Shown piece by piece: positions 28,622 through 37,717 of a DNA stretch of 61,488 bases. Position 1 is the stretch's first letter; each line of letters starts with the position of its first letter. A program made the position numbers and the translations under genes. The stretch comes from Flavobacteriales bacterium (GTDB taxonomy: Bacteria > Bacteroidota > Bacteroidia > Flavobacteriales > Schleiferiaceae), in NCBI GenBank assembly GCA_038154705.1, contig JAYPYZ010000004.1, positions 1 to 61,488 of the forward strand, given 5' to 3'. The notes beneath the pieces were generated by a model. That model was not told the DNA's origin. It ran no database searches and saw nothing but the letters and a program-made list of their open reading frames with translations.

Positions 28622-30265
28622 ATGTCGAACACAACAGAATCTTGGGGCTCACGCGTTGGTCTCATCCTCGCTATGGCAGGAAATGCCGTAGGCCTCGGTA
28701 ACTTTTTGCGTTTCCCCGTTCAAGCCGTTCAAAACGGCGGCGGAACCTTCATCATCCCTTACCTCGTTAGCTTCTTGCTCATGGGAATTCCATTGCTCTG
28801 GGTAGAGTGGGCGATGGGTAGATTTGGTGGCCGATTCGGCGATCACAGCACCCCCTTCATTTTGGACAACATGACGCACAAGCGTTTTTGGAAATACTTC
28901 GGCGTATTCGGAATCTTCACCAACATGGGGGTGATGGCCTACTACACCTACATCGAAAGCTGGACCTTAACCTACACCCTCAAATCCCTCAAGGGTGATT
29001 TCTTGGGCATGGATTTGGCCGGACTGGATGCTTTCTTCAACGGCTACGTCGACCTAGGTTCCGGCATCAACTTCCCCGTCTGGGCGTTGTTGGCCTTCCT
29101 TATTACCTTAAGCGTCAACATCTATATTCTCTCACGCGGCCTGAGCGCGGGTATTGAAAAAGTGGCAAAAATCGCCATGCCATTGCTCATCGGTTTCGGC
29201 GCCTTCCTCGCTATTATGTCTTGGACTACCGGTTCTACCGGTCGCTGTGAAGATTGTTCCACCTTCGTGGGATTGAACTTCTTGTGGGAACCTGATTTCA
29301 CCACCCTTGCAAATCCGAAAATATGGTTGGCCGCTGCCGGTCAGATCTTCTTCACCTTGAGTGTGGGGATGGGAACCATTCACTGTTATAGCTCTTACCT
29401 AAAACAAAAAGACGATATCGCCCTGAACGCCATGTCTGCAGGATGGATGAACGGTTTTGTGGAGATTGTACTAGGTTCTGCAGTAGTAATCCCCATTGCC
29501 GTCGGTTACCTCGGTTTGGATTGGGTAGTGGACAATGCCGGCTTTATGATGGCCTTCAAGACCATGCCTTTCCTTTTCGACCAATGGGGCAGTGTTCTCG
29601 CGGTCATCGCAGGTGTCGCTTGGTTCGGTCTATTGTTCTTTGCAGGAATTACCTCCTCACTGGCCATGGGTACGCCATGGATGGGCTTCGTTCAAGACGA
29701 GTTCGGATGGAGCAAAAACCGCAGTGCCATGCTCTTAGGTATTGCCATCCTCGCCATGGGTTTGCCGACCATCTTCTTCTTTGAAAAAGGCGTCTTCGAC
29801 GAATACGATTATTGGACAGGGACCGTGAGCCTTGTCATCTTCGCCCTGGCCGAGGTCATTCTATTCGCATGGGTCTTCGGCATGGACAAAGGCTGGAAGG
29901 AAATCACTGACGGTGCCGACATGAACGTCCCGCGCATCTATCGCCCTATTATTAAATACGTCACGCCGCTGTTTATCGGAATCATTTTTCTCACGTCATT
30001 GTTCAAACCCTTGAATGGAGAATTGTCCGATTGGTCCACCGCCTTCAATTCCCTATTTAGTGGACAGGGCTGGCCTTGGGCGAACGACAGTATTATCAAT
30101 CAGATCTTCCACATCAACACCGGAGTACAATGGGTGGCCGACGGTCATTTCACCAACATGTTCTACGTAGATATGAGCCGCTTCTTCTTGTTGGCTTGTT
30201 TCTTCGCACTAGTGGCCATGGTGAAAGTAGCCTCTAACCGCCGCAAACAAAACGCATCCTCATGA
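28622..30265 (+). CDS. Sodium-dependent transporter, NSS (SNF) family
   Basis: GNAVGLGNFLRFP signature, about 12 TM helices, 547 aa. Confidence 0.9.
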   Translation: MSNTTESWGSRVGLILAMAGNAVGLGNFLRFPVQAVQNGGGTFIIPYLVSFLLMGIPLLWVEWAMGRFGGRFGDHSTPFILDNMTHKRFWKYFGVFGIFTNMGVMAYYTYIESWTLTYTLKSLKGDFLGMDLAGLDAFFNGYVDLGSGINFPVWALLAFLITLSVNIYILSRGLSAGIEKVAKIAMPLLIGFGAFLAIMSWTTGSTGRCEDCSTFVGLNFLWEPDFTTLANPKIWLAAAGQIFFTLSVGMGTIHCYSSYLKQKDDIALNAMSAGWMNGFVEIVLGSAVVIPIAVGYLGLDWVVDNAGFMMAFKTMPFLFDQWGSVLAVIAGVAWFGLLFFAGITSSLAMGTPWMGFVQDEFGWSKNRSAMLLGIAILAMGLPTIFFFEKGVFDEYDYWTGTVSLVIFALAEVILFAWVFGMDKGWKEITDGADMNVPRIYRPIIKYVTPLFIGIIFLTSLFKPLNGELSDWSTAFNSLFSGQGWPWANDSIINQIFHINTGVQWVADGHFTNMFYVDMSRFFLLACFFALVAMVKVASNRRKQNASS

Positions 30266-30405
30266 CCACATCAGCCTTAATTATGATCATTTTGACCCAA
30301 GGCACCGTCTTGGGCGCGACCATCTACTTCTTCCGTAAAGTGCTAAAGACTCCGGCGAAACCAGAACCGGATTCTTTCAGCGAGAACGACAACGACCCCA
30401 GATAG
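30262..30405 (+). CDS. 47-aa single-TM protein, candidate MetS-like small subunit of the NSS transporter
   Basis: Not in the ORF track (under 60 aa). ATG overlaps the NSS stop as ATGA. Hand translation: MTTSALIMIILTQGTVLGATIYFFRKVLKTPAKPEPDSFSENDNDPR. Confidence 0.6.
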   Translation: MTTSALIMIILTQGTVLGATIYFFRKVLKTPAKPEPDSFSENDNDPR

Positions 30406-30480
30406 GTTCGTAACTTTTAGTTCTTCACATTATTTGGAGATGGTTCGGGGAGGGACCAATTTTATAAGAAACCCCACCCC

Positions 30481-31257
30481 GTGCTCCACGAACTACAGCG
30501 CACCGCATTGTTGATGCTGGCGGCCATTATGGCCGCCAGCATCTGGCTTTTCCCACAATCCAAGCGGGAAGAAGACCGCGAAGATTTCCTCAAGCTGTGG
30601 TGGGCTCATAACCCTCAGCCCTTGCGCATCAACTATTTGGATTCCCTCGCTATTTCCGCGCTCCCCATCTCCTTAAGGGCAAGAAAATCTTTAGAATTTC
30701 GTCGCACCCGACAATGGTACTTTACCGGTAAAAAAGCCTTAGCCGAGCTTCCAGCCATGGACACGCTTTGGATACACTTGGGTAATTTTGATTTTACTGC
30801 ACCGGAAAAGGTCAAGGCGCCTCGTCGTGCTTTTCGTCCTGCACCTGTGCCCGAATCCAAGAAGATCGCTCCCGTCGATCTCAATACTGCCGATAGTCTT
30901 TCCCTCATCAATATTCCCGGCATAGGGCCGTGGGGTGCCAAATCAATCCTACGCGAGCGAGAGCAATGGGGGAGTATCGCTTCCTTGGAGCAGCTAAAAC
31001 AGAAGTTTCCTTTTGATCGAGGTTGGGACGAACGTTGGGATCATTACCTCGAAGTGCGACCGGCTCCCCCGCGCTGGTCTCTCAATGATAGCCCAATGGA
31101 TTCGCTGCTAAAGGTCCCCGGATTTCGGTATTCCCAAGTCAAGCAAATCATTTTCTACCGAGAAAGTTTTGGGGTGGTGACCTGGGCAGAATTGGCCACA
31201 TGGAATTATTGGGATTCCGCTCAAGTTGATTTTTTTAAACTTTATATCAGCGAATAA
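30481..31257 (+). CDS. Helix-hairpin-helix (ComEA-like) domain protein
   Basis: N-terminal TM anchor and two HhH units (VDLNTADSLSLINIPGIGPWGAKSI; MDSLLKVPGFRYSQVKQI). GTG start is uncertain. Confidence 0.55.
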   Translation: MLHELQRTALLMLAAIMAASIWLFPQSKREEDREDFLKLWWAHNPQPLRINYLDSLAISALPISLRARKSLEFRRTRQWYFTGKKALAELPAMDTLWIHLGNFDFTAPEKVKAPRRAFRPAPVPESKKIAPVDLNTADSLSLINIPGIGPWGAKSILREREQWGSIASLEQLKQKFPFDRGWDERWDHYLEVRPAPPRWSLNDSPMDSLLKVPGFRYSQVKQIIFYRESFGVVTWAELATWNYWDSAQVDFFKLYISE

Positions 31258-31268
31258 GAAAAACCGCT

Positions 31269-31276
31269 TACATTTG
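31269..31276 (+). promoter_or_regulatory. Candidate -7 box TAcaTTTG for rpsU
   Basis: ttacatttgcag, nearly identical to the box upstream of the tRNA-tuf cluster. Confidence 0.45.
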
Positions 31277-31289
31277 CAGCCCACAAAGA

Positions 31290-31298
31290 AAGGAGGTG
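31290..31298 (+). promoter_or_regulatory. Strong Shine-Dalgarno AAGGAGGTG of rpsU
   Basis: 9-nt complement to the canonical 16S 3' end, 5 nt upstream of the ATG. It is the only strong, properly spaced SD I see among the starts in this window. Confidence 0.8.
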
Positions 31299-31303
31299 TT
31301 ACT

Positions 31304-31498
31304 ATGCTCGTAATTAATGTTAAAGAAGGTGAATCAATCGAACGCGCACTAAAGCGTTACAAAAGAAAGCACAGCTCAACGGGCGTAGTCCGCAAGCTTC
31401 GCAACAATCGTTACCACACGAAACCGACAGAAGCTAAGCGTCGCATGAATATGAAAGCGGCTTACGTTCAAGGTTTGCGTCAAGCAGAACAAGAATAA
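31304..31498 (+). CDS. rpsU: 30S ribosomal protein bS21
   Basis: MLVINVKEGESIERALKRYKRK..., 64 aa, basic. Confidence 0.95.
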   Translation: MLVINVKEGESIERALKRYKRKHSSTGVVRKLRNNRYHTKPTEAKRRMNMKAAYVQGLRQAEQE

Positions 31499-31521
31499 GC
31501 GCTTCTTAAATAGCAAGAAAG

Positions 31522-31551
31522 AAACCCAGCCTCGGCTGGGTTTTTTGTTTT
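31522..31551 (+). terminator. Rho-independent terminator after rpsU
   Basis: aaacccagc-ctcg-gctgggttt followed by tttgttttt. Confidence 0.8.
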
Positions 31552-31583
31552 TACCCCAGTAGCGGCTTACCTTTCCTTCACTG

Positions 31584-32480
31584 ATGACACAGACCGACCA
31601 CATTGCCCAATTCCTCACGTACCTCCAAACGGAGAAGCGCTTCAGCGACCACACCTTGTTGGCCTATGAAAAGGAATTAGAGCGTTGGTCGGATTACCTC
31701 GCCTCCGAAGCTGAGATTTCCCTTTTCCAAGCAACCCTTCAACACGCGAAGCGATTCGTCATTTGGCGCAGCAAGCAAGGCATCACCCCTCGAAGTGTGA
31801 ATCGCATGCTCAGCACCTTGCGCTCGTTCTACAAATGGGGCATTCGCGAAGGCCTTATCAGCCAAAGCCCGGTGGAGCACGTACGAAGTTTAAAAACGCC
31901 AAAGAAGGTGGTGATGAGTGTGCCACGGGAAGATTTGAATGCTTTGTTCAGCGATGCAGGTCGCTTCGAGGATGATTTTGTGGGTACTAGGGACCAATTA
32001 ATGCTTTTGCTCCTATATGGACTTGGTTTGCGCAAATCCGAACTCATATCGCTGCAGCCCGCAGATTTCGATTGGTCTCGACAGACGGTTCGAGTCATAG
32101 GAAAGCGCAATAAGGAACGCCAGATTCCAATACCTAAGAGTATTTCTTCGTATTTCGATTTATATATGAAACGCAGGGCCCAATTGGCCCTTGCAAAGGA
32201 TCCTGAACTTTTATTGACCCCCAAGGGCAAAAAGCTCTATCCACAACTTGTTTATAACCGGGTTTTATTCTACCTTAAAGGAACCACAACGGTGGTGGAC
32301 AAAAATCCTCATACGCTACGCCATTCGTATGCCACGCATCTCTTAAATGCAGGAGTGGATATTAACACGGTAAAGGAGTTATTAGGCCACGAAAGTTTGA
32401 GTTCGACTCAAGTGTATACAACGAGTACGTTTGAGGAGCTTGTCAAAGTGTATAACCAGGCCCACCCTAAGGGGTCATAA
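31584..32480 (+). CDS. Tyrosine recombinase, XerC/XerD family
   Basis: N-terminal SAM-like domain and catalytic HTLRHSYATHLL...GHESLSSTQVYT (R-H-R-Y set). Confidence 0.85.
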   Translation: MTQTDHIAQFLTYLQTEKRFSDHTLLAYEKELERWSDYLASEAEISLFQATLQHAKRFVIWRSKQGITPRSVNRMLSTLRSFYKWGIREGLISQSPVEHVRSLKTPKKVVMSVPREDLNALFSDAGRFEDDFVGTRDQLMLLLLYGLGLRKSELISLQPADFDWSRQTVRVIGKRNKERQIPIPKSISSYFDLYMKRRAQLALAKDPELLLTPKGKKLYPQLVYNRVLFYLKGTTTVVDKNPHTLRHSYATHLLNAGVDINTVKELLGHESLSSTQVYTTSTFEELVKVYNQAHPKGS

Positions 32481-32492
32481 ATTTTAAGCGCT

Positions 32493-32789
32493 ATGACAGT
32501 GAATATTCAATCTGTAAACTTCAAAGCAGATGGCAAGTTGCTCACCTTTATTAAGGACCGCTTGCACAAGACCACACACTTTTATGACCGTACGATCAGT
32601 ACGGAGGTATTCCTCAAAGTGGATAACAACCATTTAAGAGCCAATAAAATTGTTGAGATGCGAATGTCTATTCCAGGCAGTGAGATTGTTGTGACTAAAG
32701 AAAAGAAGTCTTTTGAGGAGGCTGCTGATTTGGCGGTGGAAGTAATTATACGTCAACTAAAAAAATATAAGACTAAACTGCGCGGCTAA
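32493..32789 (+). CDS. hpf: Ribosome hibernation promoting factor / RaiA family (short form)
   Basis: 98 aa, MTVNIQSVNFKADGKLLTFIKDRL... Confidence 0.85.
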   Translation: MTVNIQSVNFKADGKLLTFIKDRLHKTTHFYDRTISTEVFLKVDNNHLRANKIVEMRMSIPGSEIVVTKEKKSFEEAADLAVEVIIRQLKKYKTKLRG

Positions 32790-32824
32790 GTCCAAGAAAC
32801 ATAGGCCGTGAACAGATAAATTAA

Positions 32825-32856
32825 AGTGGGGGCAAAAAGGCCCTCACTTTTTTTTT
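32825..32856 (+). terminator. Rho-independent terminator after hpf
   Basis: agtgggggc-aaaaag-gccctcact (one G-U pair) followed by T9. Confidence 0.8.
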
Positions 32857-32864
32857 ACAAGGTA

Positions 32865-32894
32865 TTGTTCGTTTCAATCTCTTTACTACATTTG
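32865..32894 (+). promoter_or_regulatory. Candidate promoter of the tRNA-tuf transcription unit (-33 TTG, 19-nt spacer, -7 TAcaTTTG)
   Basis: ttg at 32865-32867 and tacatttg at 32887-32894. First tRNA starts at 32934. Confidence 0.5.
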
Positions 32895-32933
32895 CAGTCC
32901 GTTTGAGAAACGGAAGATCTTTGACATTAAAAA

Positions 32934-33007
32934 GCCGGTATAGCTCAGTTGGCCAGAGCACGTGATTTGTAATCTCGGGGTCGTCAGTTCGAATCTGTCT
33001 ACCGGCT
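32934..33007 (+). tRNA. tRNA-Thr (anticodon TGT)
   Basis: Hand-folded cloverleaf, 74 nt, anticodon loop TTTGTAA. Acceptor and D stems are perfect. One U-U mismatch each in the anticodon stem (29-41) and the T stem (50-64). Confidence 0.75.
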
Positions 33008-33048
33008 CAATAATTTGCACCTATTTAAAGTGAGGTAGGTGCGACACC

Positions 33049-33129
33049 GGGGGGATACTCAAGCGGCCAACGAGGACGGACTGTAAATCCGTTGGGAAAC
33101 CTTCGCAGGTTCGAATCCTGCTCCCCCCA
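33049..33129 (+). tRNA. tRNA-Tyr (anticodon GTA)
   Basis: 81 nt class II tRNA, anticodon loop CTGTAAA, long variable arm, T arm GCAGG-TTCGAAT-CCTGC. Confidence 0.9.
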
Positions 33130-33134
33130 CAACC

Positions 33135-33207
33135 GCGGAAGTAGCTCAGTTGGTAGAGCATCAGCCTTCCAAGCTGAGGGTCGCGGGTTCGAATCCCGTC
33201 TTCCGCT
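33135..33207 (+). tRNA. tRNA-Gly (anticodon TCC)
   Basis: 73 nt, anticodon loop CTTCCAA, CCA encoded immediately 3' (33208-33210). Confidence 0.9.
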
Positions 33208-33216
33208 CCAGGCTAA

Positions 33217-33288
33217 GCCGATGTAGCTCAGGGGTAGAGCGTTTCCTTGGTAAGGAAGAGGTCACGGGTTCAATTCCCGTCATTGGCT
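33217..33288 (+). tRNA. tRNA-Thr (anticodon GGT)
   Basis: 72 nt, anticodon loop TTGGTAA, clean cloverleaf with G-U pairs only. Confidence 0.9.
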
Positions 33289-33340
33289 CTAAATGAAATG
33301 TGAATCTTTACACTGTTTATATATTTAATAATCGCTAATC

Positions 33341-34528
33341 ATGGCAAAAGAGAATTTTGTACGTACCAAGCCTCACTTGAACATTGGTACAATTGGTCAC
33401 GTTGACCACGGTAAGACAACTTTGACTGCAGCCATCACTACTGTGTTGGCTAATGCGGGTTTGTCAGAATTGAGATCATTCGATTCAATTGATAACGCTC
33501 CTGAAGAAAAAGAGCGTGGTATTACTATTAACACTTCACACGTAGAGTACGAAACTGCAAATCGTCACTACGCACACGTTGACTGTCCAGGTCACGCGGA
33601 TTATGTGAAGAACATGGTAACTGGTGCTGCGCAGATGGACGGTGCTATCTTAGTAGTTGCTGCTACCGATGGTCCTATGCCACAAACTCGTGAGCACATC
33701 CTTTTGGGTCGTCAGGTAGGTATTCCACGTATCGTCGTGTTCTTGAACAAGGCTGATATGGTTGATGACGAAGAATTGATGGAATTGGTAGACATGGAAG
33801 TTCGTGATCTACTTTCTTTCTACGAGTACGATGGTGATAACACTCCAGTTATCCAAGGTTCTGCCCTAGGTGGTTTGAACGGAGAGCAGAAGTGGGTTGA
33901 TACTATCATGGAATTGATGGATGCAGTTGATACATGGATCGAAGAGCCAGAGCGTGATCGTGATAAGCCATTCTTGATGCCTATCGAGGATGTATTCTCT
34001 ATCACTGGTCGTGGTACTGTAGCAACTGGTCGTATCGAGACTGGTGTTGCAAACACTGGTGAAGCTGTTGAAATCATCGGTTTCGGTGACGAAAAATTGA
34101 CTTCTACAATTACTGGTGTTGAGATGTTCCGTAAGATCTTGAGCACTGGTGAAGCTGGTGATAACGTTGGTATCCTTCTACGTGGTATCGAAAAGTCTGA
34201 AATTCGTCGTGGTATGGTAATCTGTAAGCCAGGTTCAATCACTCCTCACAAGAAGTTCAAGGCTGAGGTCTACATCTTGAAAAAAGAAGAAGGTGGTCGT
34301 CACACTCCATTCCACAACAAATACCGTCCACAGTTCTACTTGCGTACAACTGACGTAACAGGTGAGATTCACCTACCAGACGGTGTTGAAATGGTAATGC
34401 CAGGAGATAACTTGAGCATCACTGTTGAATTGATTGCAAATGTTGCAGTTAACAACGGTCTACGTTTCGCTATCCGTGAAGGTGGTCGTACCGTAGGTGC
34501 GGGTCAGGTAACTGAGATCATCGAGTAA
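33341..34528 (+). CDS. tuf: Elongation factor Tu
   Basis: [22 protein letters not shown] motifs; 395 aa. Confidence 0.98.
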   Translation: MAKENFVRTKPHLNIGTIGHVDHGKTTLTAAITTVLANAGLSELRSFDSIDNAPEEKERGITINTSHVEYETANRHYAHVDCPGHADYVKNMVTGAAQMDGAILVVAATDGPMPQTREHILLGRQVGIPRIVVFLNKADMVDDEELMELVDMEVRDLLSFYEYDGDNTPVIQGSALGGLNGEQKWVDTIMELMDAVDTWIEEPERDRDKPFLMPIEDVFSITGRGTVATGRIETGVANTGEAVEIIGFGDEKLTSTITGVEMFRKILSTGEAGDNVGILLRGIEKSEIRRGMVICKPGSITPHKKFKAEVYILKKEEGGRHTPFHNKYRPQFYLRTTDVTGEIHLPDGVEMVMPGDNLSITVELIANVAVNNGLRFAIREGGRTVGAGQVTEIIE

Positions 34529-34554
34529 TACTCGATAAGATAATTGGTAGTTAA

Positions 34555-34581
34555 GGTGCCTCCTTTTTAGGAGGTGCCTTT
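34555..34581 (+). terminator. Weak hairpin/partial terminator after tuf
   Basis: ggtgcctcc-ttttta-ggaggtgcc (two G-U pairs) followed by ttt. Lies 11 nt before tRNA-Trp, so it may be a processing or attenuation site. Confidence 0.4.
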
Positions 34582-34591
34582 CTGCCTACAT

Positions 34592-34662
34592 ACGGGCATA
34601 GTTCAATGGTAGAATAGCGGTCTCCAAAACCGTTGATCAGGGTTCGAATCCTTGTGCCCGTG
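34592..34662 (+). tRNA. tRNA-Trp (anticodon CCA)
   Basis: 71 nt hand-folded cloverleaf, anticodon loop CTCCAAA. Confidence 0.9.
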
Positions 34663-34676
34663 CAAAGAAGTAAAAG

Positions 34677-34871
34677 ATGAGTAAAATTATTTCCAGTATA
34701 AAAGAGTCTTGGCACGAGTTTGCAGTTAAGTCTTCTTGGCCCACAATGACTGAACTACAGAAGAGTACCTCACTAGTAATAGTAGGTACGATCATTTTTT
34801 CGCTCGTCGTTTTTGGTATGGATAAAGTGATCTCAACAATGCTTGAGTTCATTTACAAAATATTTGGATAA
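34677..34871 (+). CDS. secE: Preprotein translocase subunit SecE
   Basis: 64 aa, single C-terminal TM helix, conserved position before nusG. Confidence 0.9.
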   Translation: MSKIISSIKESWHEFAVKSSWPTMTELQKSTSLVIVGTIIFSLVVFGMDKVISTMLEFIYKIFG

Positions 34872-34873
34872 GC

Positions 34874-35422
34874 ATGTCAGATTCAGGAATGAAGTGGTAC
34901 GTGCTTCGTACCGTAAGCGGACAGGAACACAAAACGAAGACCTACATTGAGAAGGAAATGGCTCATGCAGGTATGAGTGATCTAGTGGGACGTGTAGTGA
35001 TCCCAATGGAAAAGGTAGTTCAAGTACGTAACGGCAAGAAGGTCATTAAAGAAAAGACCAAGACTCCTGGATACATGTATGTGGAGGCTACACTTACTGG
35101 TGAGGTAGGCCACATGATTAAAAACCTTCCAAATGTCATTGGCTTTTTGGCAAACATTAAGGGAGGTGATCCTTCTCCGATGCGCGCAGCTGAGGTAGCT
35201 CGTTTGCTTGGACAAGTAGATCAAGAGGCAGAAAATGCCGCCATGCTGATGATTCCATTTACCGTGGGAGAAACAGTGAAAGTAATCAATGGACCGTTCA
35301 GCACGTTTGATGCGACCATTGAGAAAATCAACGAGGAGAAACAAAAACTGGAGGTCTCTGTGAAGATCTTCGGTCGTAAGACTCCTGTTGAACTTGGCTT
35401 CACGGAAGTCGAGAAGTTATAA
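34874..35422 (+). CDS. nusG: Transcription termination/antitermination factor NusG
   Basis: NGN start WYVLRTVSGQE and C-terminal KOW (GETVKVINGPF). Confidence 0.95.
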   Translation: MSDSGMKWYVLRTVSGQEHKTKTYIEKEMAHAGMSDLVGRVVIPMEKVVQVRNGKKVIKEKTKTPGYMYVEATLTGEVGHMIKNLPNVIGFLANIKGGDPSPMRAAEVARLLGQVDQEAENAAMLMIPFTVGETVKVINGPFSTFDATIEKINEEKQKLEVSVKIFGRKTPVELGFTEVEKL

Positions 35423-35514
35423 TGATATAGATGTGAGACTATATATAGGTTCGTTTTTCATGCTTCCACTAGAGAAACGGCCGCAACAACAACGCTAAAT
35501 AGTAGAAACAAGAA

Positions 35515-35952
35515 ATGGCAAAAGAGGTTAGTAAAGTAATGAAGCTTCAGGTCCGTGGTGGCCAAGCTAACCCTTCTCCTCCAGTAGGTCCAGCTTTGGG
35601 TGCTGCAGGTGTCAATATCATGGAGTTCTGTAAGCAGTTCAACGCCCGTTCTCAAGAGAAAATGGGTCAGATTCTGCCTGTAGTGATTACAGTGTATGCT
35701 GATAAATCATTCGACTTCATCGTTAAGACTCCTCCTGCGGCAGTTCAATTGATGGAAGCTGCTAAGATTAAGAAGGGATCGTCAGAGCCTAACCGTAATA
35801 AAGTTGCTAAAGTTACTTGGGATGCTATTCGCAAGATTGCAGAGGATAAAATGGTTGATTTGAACTGTTTTACCATTGAATCAGCAATGTCTATCATCGC
35901 TGGTACTGCAAGAAGTATGGGTATTACTGTAATGGGCGAGAAGCCGTTTTAA
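35515..35952 (+). CDS. rplK: 50S ribosomal protein uL11
   Basis: [20 protein letters not shown] motif. Confidence 0.97.
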   Translation: MAKEVSKVMKLQVRGGQANPSPPVGPALGAAGVNIMEFCKQFNARSQEKMGQILPVVITVYADKSFDFIVKTPPAAVQLMEAAKIKKGSSEPNRNKVAKVTWDAIRKIAEDKMVDLNCFTIESAMSIIAGTARSMGITVMGEKPF

Positions 35953-35968
35953 TTAAAAGTTTGAAGCA

Positions 35969-36661
35969 ATGGCAAAATTGACGAAAAACATGAAAAACGC
36001 GCTCGCTAAACTCGAAAAGGGTAAGGTATACTCAGTTAGCGAAGCGGCAGCCCTTGTAAAAGAGGTGAACTGCACGAAGTTTGACGCTTCTATCAATTTA
36101 GCTGTGCGTTTGGGTGTTGATCCACGTAAAGCGAACCAGATGGTTCGTGGTGTGGTGAGCCTTCCTCACGGTACAGGTAAAAGCGTTCGAGTTTTGGCTT
36201 TGGTTACTCCTGATAAGGAAGAAGAAGCTAAAGCTGCAGGTGCAGATTACGCGGGCCTTGATGAATACATCGAGAAAATTAAAGGCGGTTGGACTGACAT
36301 TGATGTCATCGTAACCATGCCTTCTGTAATGGGTAAAATTGGACCATTGGGTCGTGTATTAGGTCCTCGTGGCTTGATGCCAAACCCTAAGTCTGGTACT
36401 GTTACAATGGACATAGCTAAAGCCGTTAGCGAAGTGAAAGCCGGTAAGATCGACTTCAAAGTGGATCGTTACGGGATCGTTCACGCTGCAATCGGTAAGG
36501 TTTCTTTTGACGCTGCGAAAATCCAAGAGAATGCAGAAGAATTGATTAAGACTTTGAACAAACTCAAGCCATCAGCGGCGAAGGGTACGTACATGAAGTC
36601 AGTCTACATTTCTTCTACAATGTCTCCGGGTATTGCAGTAGATGCTAAATCAGTTTCATAA
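35969..36661 (+). CDS. rplA: 50S ribosomal protein uL1
   Basis: Sequence and position in the rplKAJL block. Confidence 0.97.
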   Translation: MAKLTKNMKNALAKLEKGKVYSVSEAAALVKEVNCTKFDASINLAVRLGVDPRKANQMVRGVVSLPHGTGKSVRVLALVTPDKEEEAKAAGADYAGLDEYIEKIKGGWTDIDVIVTMPSVMGKIGPLGRVLGPRGLMPNPKSGTVTMDIAKAVSEVKAGKIDFKVDRYGIVHAAIGKVSFDAAKIQENAEELIKTLNKLKPSAAKGTYMKSVYISSTMSPGIAVDAKSVS

Positions 36662-36677
36662 TTAAAGAGTAAGCATC

Positions 36678-37199
36678 ATGACAAGAGAAGAGAAACTTAT
36701 TCAGATTGAAGAGCTAACAGCGGTACTTAACCAAGCACCGACGATCTACTTGGCAGATATCGCTGCCTTAGATGCTGATACTACTTCTAGCTTGCGTAGA
36801 GCGAGCTTTGGTAAGGGTATCAAGTTGAATGTGGTTAAGAACACGTTGCTACGCAAAGCCATGGAGGCTTCAGAGAAAGACTTTGAAGGACTGTATGGTG
36901 TATTGAAAGGAAATACTAGCATCATGCTTGCAGAAGCAGGTAACGCTCCAGCGAAACTTATTAAAGAGTTCCGCAAGAAGAGTGATAAGCCTGTTTTGAA
37001 AGGTGCTTGGATTGAAGAAAGCGTTTATTTAGGCGATGAAAACCTAGAGATGCTCACCGCAATCAAGTCTAAAGAAGAATTGATTGGTGAAGTTATCACT
37101 TTGTTGCAAAGCCCTGCGAAGAACGTTGTTTCTGCACTTCAGAGCTCTGGTGGCACATTGGCTGGTCTCCTCAAAACCTTGGAAGAGCGCAACGCGTAA
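36678..37199 (+). CDS. rplJ: 50S ribosomal protein uL10
   Basis: Sequence and position in the rplKAJL block. Confidence 0.95.
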   Translation: MTREEKLIQIEELTAVLNQAPTIYLADIAALDADTTSSLRRASFGKGIKLNVVKNTLLRKAMEASEKDFEGLYGVLKGNTSIMLAEAGNAPAKLIKEFRKKSDKPVLKGAWIEESVYLGDENLEMLTAIKSKEELIGEVITLLQSPAKNVVSALQSSGGTLAGLLKTLEERNA

Positions 37200-37248
37200 T
37201 TCCTTTATTTACAATTAATTAAGTAATAAACTTTTAAATTTTACTAAA

Positions 37249-37626
37249 ATGGCTGATATCAAAGAATTGGGCGATGCTCTAGTAAACTTGACAGTTAAAG
37301 AAGTATCTGAATTGGCAGATTACTTGAAAGAAGAATATGGCATCGAGCCGGCTGCTGCTGCAGTAGCTGTTGCTGGTCCTGCAGCTGGCGGAGAAGCTGG
37401 TGGCGGCGACGAGAAAACTGAGTTCGATGTTGTTTTGACTGCAGCGGGTGGTTCTAAACTTGCTGTTGTTAAACTTGTTAAGGAAATGACTGGACTTGGC
37501 TTGAAAGAAGCTAAAGAAAAAGTAGATGGTGCTCCTGCTACATTGAAGGAGGGCGTATCAAAAGACGAAGCAGAAGCTTTGAAAGCGCAGCTTGAAGAAG
37601 CTGGTGCTGAAGTTGAGATCAAGTAA
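37249..37626 (+). CDS. rplL: 50S ribosomal protein bL12 (L7/L12)
   Basis: Ala/Glu-rich hinge and C-terminal domain [20 protein letters not shown]. Confidence 0.97.
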   Translation: MADIKELGDALVNLTVKEVSELADYLKEEYGIEPAAAAVAVAGPAAGGEAGGGDEKTEFDVVLTAAGGSKLAVVKLVKEMTGLGLKEAKEKVDGAPATLKEGVSKDEAEALKAQLEEAGAEVEIK

Positions 37627-37648
37627 TTGATCGACTGCTAGGTTATCC

Positions 37649-37691
37649 GGTTTAGGTCTTTGGGGAGGTCCCCTTAGACCTAAACCTTTTT
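37649..37691 (+). terminator. rplL-rpoB intergenic attenuator hairpin
   Basis: ggtttaggtct/agacctaaacc 11-bp stem plus an inner gggg-aggt-cccc stem, followed by ttttt. Confidence 0.75.
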
Positions 37692-37717
37692 GTGTTTAAT
37701 TAACATTTTGGGCTGAA

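Noticed and set aside
31584-32480. A tyrosine recombinase gene about 450 nt upstream of a tRNA cluster could mark an integrated genomic island.
   Set aside because: It has Xer-type architecture and sits between rpsU and hpf, all translation-related core genes. I see no direct repeat of a tRNA 3' end, no excisionase, phage or transposase genes, and no compositional change by eye. As far as I recall, the rpsU-xer-hpf-tRNA-tuf order is a common Bacteroidota arrangement.
33017-33042. 7-bp hairpin (gcaccta...taggtgc) in the tRNA-Thr/tRNA-Tyr spacer.
   Set aside because: It is most simply a processing-related spacer structure within a polycistronic tRNA precursor and is not distinctive enough to report as a finding.
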